A stretch of 23,396 nucleotides of DNA from NCBI GenBank assembly GCA_037441385.1, contig JBBISH010000102.1:1-23396 (forward strand). The letters run 5' to 3'. The notes under the pieces were generated by a model. That model searched no databases. It saw only the letters and a program-made list of their open reading frames with translations, and was not told the DNA's origin. The number at the start of each line of letters is the position of its first letter. The stretch's first letter is position 1. The DNA is from Myxococcales bacterium (lineage in GTDB: Bacteria; Myxococcota_A; UBA9042). This document shows positions 17,508 to 23,396 of this stretch, piece after piece. A program made the translations under genes and the position numbers.

Positions 17508-17543
17508 GATTTGAGGCCGCCTCAAATCGGCAAGCCGCTGATT
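17508..17543. promoter_or_regulatory. Perfect palindrome plus adjacent IHF-consensus site
   Basis: gatttgaggc-c-gcctcaaatc (17508..17528); reverse complement of 17531..17543 is AATCAGCGGCTTG, matching WATCARNNNNTTR. Confidence 0.55.
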
Positions 17544-17580
17544 TGTTTAGACCTCGTCAGTCGACTTGGGCGGTCGGGAC

Positions 17581-17653
17581 GCGTAGGTTCCGCGACCATG
17601 TCCGCCCTCCCGGCACCGGCCACCGTGGCGCCCACAGCGCACCCGCCAAACGG
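17581..17653. repeat. Family E ~70-bp motif, copy 1
   Basis: gcgtaggttccgcgacc...cccggcaccggccacc...cgcccacagcgcacccgccaaacgg; matches 20230 and 22595. Confidence 0.65.
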
Positions 17654-17723
17654 TGGCCAAGTCGTCGCGAAGTCGTTGCAATGTTGTCGCAAAGCAGCTG
17701 CCCAGGATCCACCATCGAACGTC

Positions 17724-17987
17724 GCCCCGGCCGCCGATTTGGGATGCAAATCAAGGCGCAAGGAGCGGAGTGATACGAACCCCGTCTGATTCACGCCTGT
17801 ACGGCTTCTCTGACCCGGTCTGCAACCGGCGAGAATCAGGCGGGGACCCCGGTTCGAGCCCAAAGAATTGCCCGAGTTTTCGATCCGATTCGGACGGAAC
17901 TGGTATGACTGAGGCGACCTAGCGGTCGCCGCAGGGAGAGTAGCGACACAGCAACGCCGAGTTGCGCCCAAAGCGGCGGATCGGGGC
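17724..17987 (+). mobile_element. Family B TIR element carrying a nested MITE A
   Basis: Imperfect TIRs gccccggccgccgatttgggatgcaaatc / gagttgcgcccaaagcggcggatcggggc; 264 - 135 = 129-bp core. Confidence 0.8.
17774..17905 (-). mobile_element. Full-length MITE family A with a 3-bp TGA target duplication
   Basis: ggag-TGA-[tacgaac...ctggta]-TGA-ctgagg versus the empty site ggag-cga-ctgagg at ~5107..5119. Confidence 0.9.
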
Positions 17988-18081
17988 TGCAAAAGTGGCT
18001 GGTCAGGCGCGGCGTTTGCGTGTATCCTCTCGCCCCCTCGCGCGACACCGCTTGGGTCTGGAGTGCAGCATGGGCAGGCAA

Positions 18082-19806
18082 ATGCACAGGGTTTTCCTCG
18101 CGGCCGTCGGTCTCGCGACCGCTTGTGCCGCCGAAAGCAGTGGCCCGCTGGGCGATCGCGGTGCGGGCTTTGGCCAACAGAGCGGCGCGCTTACGATTCC
18201 TGGCCCGTGCGACTTGGCCAGCACTGCCAGCATCGCGGTGCCTAGCCAGTGCGCCACGATTCAAGCCGCCATCGACCACGCCAAGGCCGGTGCCGTAATC
18301 ACTGTAGCCGCGGGCGCCTATAGCGAGGCGCTGTTTCTGAACAAGAGCCTGACGATCCAAGGCGCCGGTGCCGCGCTGACCCGCATTCAAGCGCCAAGCA
18401 GCGCGGTCACAGTCTTGCAGCTTGGCCAGGGCGGCGGCGGCACCGTGAGCAAGCTGACCCTGAGCGGCGGGGCGGCGGGCATCGGCGCCGGGCTGTACGA
18501 CAGCAGCTTTCACCTGCTGCTGCCTGCCAACCTGACGCTGAGCAGCGCAGCGATTTCGGGCGCGCCCAGCGGGATGCTCGGCTCGTTCGCTGGGGTCACC
18601 TTGGTCAGCAGCAGCATCGCGGGCTGTAACACGGCGGCGATGAACTTGAGCCGGGCGAGCTCGGTCACCTTGTCGGCGGCCACCTTGGCGAGCTCGGGCA
18701 GCGGCTTGGTGCTGAGCCAGCCGAGCGCCTTGGCCAGTACGGTCGCCGTGAACAACAGCACCTTCAAGTATATGAGCGGCAACGCACTGTCGGTCACGGG
18801 CAAGCTCGTGTCGCTGAGTGTGGCCGGCAGCAGCTTTGCCAACAACGGCACCGGGCTGTACGCCAGCGGTATGGGCAGCACGGGCAGCGTCACCATTACC
18901 GGCAGCAACGCCGTGGGCAACAAGTTCATGGGCTTTCAGGTGAACTCGGTCGACGGCCCCATCAAGCTCGACGGCAACCTGACCCAGTACAACGGCAGCG
19001 TGGGCGCGGCGTTTAGCGGTGGGGTTGGTGCCATCACGGTCAGCAATCACGCCTCGCTCAGCGACGCGGGCAGCGCGATTTCAGTGGTGGGCGGCGCGCA
19101 TCCGCTGCAAGTGCTGCATCTTGCGGTCAACGGCAGTGCCAGCGGCCTGGCGCTGGCGAGCACGGGTAGCGCCGCCACCGCCGTAAACGACATCAAGGTG
19201 GTCAACCCGGTGGGCATCGGCATCGACGTGTTCAACACGGCCGGCAAGGTCGACCTGAGCAACTACCAAGTCAGCAACGCTGCGGGCTTTGGCATCCGGC
19301 TGTGGCACGCCGCCAACGTCGCGTTGGGCACCGGCAAGGTCGACGGCACCAAGCCCCTAGCTTCGACCGGCAAATTCGGCGACGGCGTGGGCGTCTTTGA
19401 CTCGCATGCGGTGGTCACCGGCCTCACCGTCACCGCGTCGGCGCGGGCGGGTCTGAGCCTGCTTGGCTGCACGGCCGGCAGTTCCGTGTACGGTGCGTCG
19501 GTCGAAGTGCACAGCATCGTTGGTCTGTGCAACGGCATCGACATGGACATCGAGACGAGCACCTACGAGGCCGACGCCTTCTGCGGCAGCGGCGATCCAG
19601 GCCCGGCCTTTGTCGACCTGTCGGGCACCTTTGGCGCCGCCTGTGCGTCGAGCTGCGCGGCCACCGCCCCAACCACTACCTGCGTGGCTGTGCCTGGCGC
19701 GGCTTGTGAGCTCAGTTGGGCGCCGGCGTGGCAACAGTGCAAGGCTTTGAGCAATGGGCTGACCTCGCTTGACCCTGGCAGCCTGGCGATGCCGCCCCAT
19801 TCCTAA
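18082..19806 (+). CDS. Right-handed beta-helix (pectin-lyase-like fold) lipoprotein
   Basis: Lipobox LATAC; VPSQCATIQAAIDHAKAGAVITVAAGAYSE...KSLTIQGAG N-cap; Ser/Gly/Asn-rich repeats (NNGTGLY); Cys-rich tail. Confidence 0.85.
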   Translation: MHRVFLAAVGLATACAAESSGPLGDRGAGFGQQSGALTIPGPCDLASTASIAVPSQCATIQAAIDHAKAGAVITVAAGAYSEALFLNKSLTIQGAGAALTRIQAPSSAVTVLQLGQGGGGTVSKLTLSGGAAGIGAGLYDSSFHLLLPANLTLSSAAISGAPSGMLGSFAGVTLVSSSIAGCNTAAMNLSRASSVTLSAATLASSGSGLVLSQPSALASTVAVNNSTFKYMSGNALSVTGKLVSLSVAGSSFANNGTGLYASGMGSTGSVTITGSNAVGNKFMGFQVNSVDGPIKLDGNLTQYNGSVGAAFSGGVGAITVSNHASLSDAGSAISVVGGAHPLQVLHLAVNGSASGLALASTGSAATAVNDIKVVNPVGIGIDVFNTAGKVDLSNYQVSNAAGFGIRLWHAANVALGTGKVDGTKPLASTGKFGDGVGVFDSHAVVTGLTVTASARAGLSLLGCTAGSSVYGASVEVHSIVGLCNGIDMDIETSTYEADAFCGSGDPGPAFVDLSGTFGAACASSCAATAPTTTCVAVPGAACELSWAPAWQQCKALSNGLTSLDPGSLAMPPHS

Positions 19807-19824
19807 GACGCGGTATGGGTCGTG

Positions 19825-19956
19825 TACCAGTTCCGTCCGAATCGGATCGAAAACTCGGGCAGTTCTTCGGGCCCGAACCGGGGTCCCCGCCTGATTCTCG
19901 CCGGTTGCAGACCGGGTCAGAGAAGCCGTACAGGCGCGTATCACACGGGGTTCGTA
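19825..19956 (+). mobile_element. Full-length MITE family A (132 bp)
   Basis: taccagttccgtccgaatcggatcgaaaactcggg...acggggttcgta; near-identical to the inverted copy at 17774. Confidence 0.9.
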
Positions 19957-20229
19957 TTGTGGGTCAGGGGGTGAGTAGGTTGCAGTGAGTAGGGTGCCGA
20001 CGCAGGGCGCATCGCCGCTCCGCGGCGACCCGGCCACGAGTTTGGGCAAGCAAGATCCTGCACGAATCGACACTTCTTGGCCCAAACCGGCGCGCGTCGC
20101 CGCCCTTCGGGTTCGTGTCCGTTGCGCAGAGTGGCCGCTGGTGCGGCCCACAGCAAGCAAGATGCAGTTGCACACGCGTATTCCTTGCATCGGAGCCGCT
20201 GTGGAACGACCCAAGGTGGCTGAAGGAGG

Positions 20230-20290
20230 CGCAACCACGCCCCCTCCGGCACCGACCACCGCATCGCCCACATCGCACCCGCCAAACCGG
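20230..20290. repeat. Family E motif, copy 2
   Basis: cgcaacc...ccggcaccgaccaccgcatcgcccacatcgcacccgccaaaccgg. Confidence 0.65.
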
Positions 20291-20343
20291 ACCTACCAGC
20301 GTGAGAGACTGATCCTAGGCCGCCAGCAGACCGCCAGCTGACC

Positions 20344-20614
20344 GGGACCCTTGCTACACCGCATTCTCCAAGACATTTTGGGCGTCCCGGCCCGGCAAGC
20401 GTCAGGTTGGGGGGCAAATTCTGCAAGTGTGGGCATTTTCTGAACCCCGTGCCGGGCCGTCGCGCAGCGGCCGCCGGTCGTCGCCAGCTCCTGCACGGTC
20501 CCAACCTACTGCTCCCGGCGGTGGCGTCGCTCTTCCGCGCCGCCACCCCTGCGGGCCTGCATCGCTGACGCGGGTTCAGTATTTTCGAGCAATTCCAATG
20601 AGTAGAAATTACCC
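20344..20614 (+). mobile_element. Family C element, copy 2
   Basis: 46-bp identity 20359..20404 = 22884..22929 with continued similarity to ~20573; right end atgagtagaaattaccc resembles the C TIR. Confidence 0.8.
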
Positions 20615-20790
20615 TCCTACCTCACAATCGGTGCCGGCGGTGCAGACGCCGCCTTTGCGGCAGGGGGTGCCGCGGGGCGCCATTTTGGCGTCGCAGCCTC
20701 GGATTGGGTCGCAGGTGTTGGTGGTGCATGGGTTCTTGTTGTCGCGGACGATGGCGGTGTCGCCGCAGTTGGCGTCCTTGCACACGTCGG
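20609..20790 (-). pseudogene. Remnant of a Cys-rich repeat protein
   Basis: CKDANCG...DNKNPCTTNTCDPIRGC...GTPCRKGGVC resembles the CDDxNPCTxDxC repeats; no credible start; stop lies inside the C-element end. Confidence 0.65.
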
Positions 20791-20874
20791 CAGAGTTGGG
20801 GCGGGCCAAATTTGGTGGATGGGGCTGGGGTGGTTTGGGAGCGTTTCCCTTCCGCCTCTGCCGCGCTAGGGTGT

Positions 20875-22536
20875 CTAACGCAACGCAGCGAGGAGGTCCC
20901 CGCGACGGAAGGCGGCAGACAGGCGCTGCAGTGAGACGTCGGGACCATCAAGCGCCAGTTTCGCGAGCGCCGAATCCAGTCGTCGGACAGCAGCGGACAA
21001 AATATCGGCGCGCTCGTCTTCGAGGAGCTTTCTCACTTGTGTGAAGCGGGATGGCTTGAGGTCGTCGAGGTTGAGGCCAGCTCGTCGCAACAGTTCTTCG
21101 CCCATCAGCATGGCCAAGAAATGTGCCGCATAGGAACGGTATCGCTTGTCCTGGGTCGTGGTCGATGGGCGCTTCCGCTCGTTCTCTGCCACGCGGAACA
21201 GCAGCGTGGCGACTGCAACTTGGGCGGCATTCAGCGAATCGATGAAGATATCGTCGTAGTGCTGGTTGAACAGCGTGCGACGGTAGAATTTGGCGGTATG
21301 CGGCTGCCGACGCCAAATCGCAAAGATGGCCTCCGCGGCGACACTTGAAGTAATCGTGGCAGTGTCCGCCGTGTGTTGATCGCGCTTTCGCTTGTAGGTG
21401 TAGTCCAGCTCCTTGAGGGCAAGTTCAAGCTTCTGCTGAATCTCGTCGTTGGCGCGGAGGTCGCGCAGATCAACTGGATTCTGGCTATTAGTCGCGTAGG
21501 TAATGCGCTGAACAATGTTCGGCGCGTCCTCGGGCAGTTGGTAGAGTCGCACCAGAACGTAGGCCTTGCTGAAGTCGACCATCCCTGGCAATCCATCACG
21601 CAAGGTCTGCTGGAGGGTCTTGCAGGTCTGCCCGCCGTTGATGATTTGCAGGTCCTCGACCTGGACCGAGTAGTTGTCTGCCTGCAAGGCATTGTGGGCA
21701 AACTTGCTGCAGACCATCGTGACGCCGTTGTTGAAAAAATAGAAGAAAGGGTTCTGCGATGCGTCGAGGAGTGTAGTGCGGATGGCAGCGTTGACGCGGC
21801 TATCGCTGAGTCCGAGGTACCGGCGGATATTCCGCTCCAACAGCCGATCGCCATGCCTATCCATTAGCGCTGCCACTTCGGTAACGGACATGCGGCCAAC
21901 CAAGACGCGAGTGAACTGAAAGTCTTCGACAATGGCCTTGCCGGCAAGTGACAGGCGATCAGAAACCGGCTTCTGCCGCTGCAGCAGTGAGATGAGCCGG
22001 TCGTGGTTGATGTGTTCCCAACGAACCTGGTCGCCGAACCTTGCGTTGGTGATGTGGAAATCACCCTCATCGTTCCAACGCCTGCCATTGTTGCACAACA
22101 GTACGTGAACCCGTGGAATATTGCCATCTGCCACAAGCGATCGAATTTCCTCGATCTTGGGGGCAATTGTGTCGTTCATTTCGAGCAGCTTGTACGGGTC
22201 GAAGAGCGCGCCGACGGTGCCCACCAACCGCTGAATCGAGTTGGCTGGGAAAGCGCTTTCGCCATCATCTCGCTGCTTGTATTTCGCCTGCAACAAAGTG
22301 ACCGTGAACTCCCCGTCGCGAGGTTCACCGACGTCCATGGCGTCAATGCCCGCATCGCCGCCACCATCGACGAGCCATTCCAGAGCTTCGTCGGGATCCA
22401 AGTCAAAGAGCGTGCGCACGCACTCGACGACAAACGCGCTGGATGCTTTGCGGTTTGCATCGCCGTCAAGTCGATCGCCCAACTGACCAACCAACGTCTG
22501 CACACGTTGGCCCAAAACACTCAAATTGATACTCAT
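20875..22536 (-). CDS. AIPR-family (abortive infection phage resistance) protein
   Basis: N-terminal DGGGDAGIDA...LLQAKY; core LERNIRRYLG, FYFFNNGVT, QIINGGQT, ATNSQNPV motifs; visibly lower GC than its neighbours. Confidence 0.9.
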   Translation of the reverse strand: MSINLSVLGQRVQTLVGQLGDRLDGDANRKASSAFVVECVRTLFDLDPDEALEWLVDGGGDAGIDAMDVGEPRDGEFTVTLLQAKYKQRDDGESAFPANSIQRLVGTVGALFDPYKLLEMNDTIAPKIEEIRSLVADGNIPRVHVLLCNNGRRWNDEGDFHITNARFGDQVRWEHINHDRLISLLQRQKPVSDRLSLAGKAIVEDFQFTRVLVGRMSVTEVAALMDRHGDRLLERNIRRYLGLSDSRVNAAIRTTLLDASQNPFFYFFNNGVTMVCSKFAHNALQADNYSVQVEDLQIINGGQTCKTLQQTLRDGLPGMVDFSKAYVLVRLYQLPEDAPNIVQRITYATNSQNPVDLRDLRANDEIQQKLELALKELDYTYKRKRDQHTADTATITSSVAAEAIFAIWRRQPHTAKFYRRTLFNQHYDDIFIDSLNAAQVAVATLLFRVAENERKRPSTTTQDKRYRSYAAHFLAMLMGEELLRRAGLNLDDLKPSRFTQVRKLLEDERADILSAAVRRLDSALAKLALDGPDVSLQRLSAAFRRGDLLAALR

Positions 22537-22594
22537 TCGCCTGCATCCTTCGCTGCGGTCGGTTCAACTCCCACCGCACCACCGATGCGTAGGC

Positions 22595-22665
22595 GCGCAG
22601 GTTCCGCAACCGTCTCCGTCCCGGCACAGACCATCGCAACGCCCACATCCTACCCGTCAAACCGG
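22595..22665. repeat. Family E motif, copy 3
   Basis: gcgcaggttccgcaacc...cccggcacagaccatcgcaacgcccacatcctacccgtcaaaccgg. Confidence 0.65.
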
Positions 22666-22868
22666 AACTTCCGGCCTTGGGCGGCGACTCTACGCCCGCG
22701 ACCGACCGGCGTCAATGCTGACTTTCCCATGAGTTTCTCGGTAAATGCCCGCACAACCAAAGTTCCGCCCCCCCAGCGCCAGAGGCCCCTCGCGTGCGCC
22801 GCCTACGGCAGCGGTCCCGCCCCGTTGTCATCCGCGTCGCCGGAAACTGGCTCGCCAGGCAGCCTTGT

Positions 22869-23101
22869 GGGCCATTCTCTACCCCGCATTCTCCAAGACA
22901 TTTTGGGCGTCCCGGCCCGGCAAGCGTCAAGTTGGGGGGGCAATTTCTGAAAGTGGGGGGCATTTTCTGAACCCCGTGCCGGGCCGTCGCGCTGCGGCCG
23001 CCAGTCGTCGCCAAGTCCTGCCCAACCGCGACCTCCGGCTCCCGGCGGTGGCGCCGCGCCGCCGCGCCGCCACCCCTGCGGGCCAGCATCGCTGACGCGG
23101 G
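22869..23101 (+). mobile_element. Family C element, copy 3 (right end missing)
   Basis: Direct repeat of 20344..20573; similarity stops at atcgctgacgcggg. Confidence 0.8.
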
Positions 23102-23396
23102 AGCCTGCCTCACCAGCAGCGCCCCCACGTGATTGAAACTGGTCGCGCCGCCGATGTAGCCCAGCACCTCGTGGATCTTGCTGGCGGCAAACAAGCCCTT
23201 GGCGGGCAAGCTGAAATTGGCGAAGCCGCCGTTGTTCTTGGCCGGGTCCAACAGGTTGCCCTGGTTGGCGATGTTGGCCGCCGGGCCGTGGTAGGTGGCG
23301 CCGGGGCGCGGGTACAGGCCGCCGCTCCACTTGGTCGGCCGGCCGTCGGTGCCCATCACGGCGACCAGCGTCCAGCCGCCGCCGCCCCACTGCATC
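23102..23396 (-). CDS. Partial fibrinogen-like YCDxxxxGGGW-domain protein, running into the C element
   Basis: MQWGGGGWTLVAV motif at the window edge; the frame continues through the C repeat to 22712, so the native 3' end looks lost. Confidence 0.55.

Noticed and set aside
20046..20165. Two copies of gcaagcaagat about 106 bp apart
   Set aside because: Only an 11-bp pair with no supporting structure or adjacent gene.
20873..20879. GTTAGAC (GTTRRRY) at the AIPR stop as an integron attC core
   Set aside because: No matching inverse core or attC stem at a suitable distance and no integrase; a single 7-mer is expected by chance.
2237..23101. Repeats as a CRISPR array
   Set aside because: Units are 58-270 bp, dispersed and diverged, with no regular repeat-spacer period and no cas genes.

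Overview
High-GC bacterial DNA whose gene content (TPR protein plus Cys-rich lipoproteins, fibrinogen-like YCDxxxxGGGW fragment) looks like Myxococcota/Deltaproteobacteria (inference). It carries a six-gene Ehr/Hyf-like membrane oxidoreductase operon whose large subunit lacks the Ni-binding cysteines, a TetR plus deiodinase-like operon with a clear operator/promoter, an alpha/beta hydrolase, a stand-alone DUF1016_N-like protein, a beta-helix lipoprotein and a lower-GC AIPR defence gene. The most striking signal is non-coding. Nearly every intergenic space holds small repeats from at least five families: A, a 132-bp MITE, 6 copies; B, a 129-bp TIR element, 2 copies; C, a ~250-bp TIR element, 3 copies plus remnants; D, a ~58-bp structure-conserved micro-element, 3 copies; E, a ~70-bp motif, 3 copies. 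These nest inside one another (A in B, D in B twice, D in a REP-like hairpin), and E+C copies bracket the AIPR gene as direct repeats. No transposase is encoded in the window. All alignments were made by eye.
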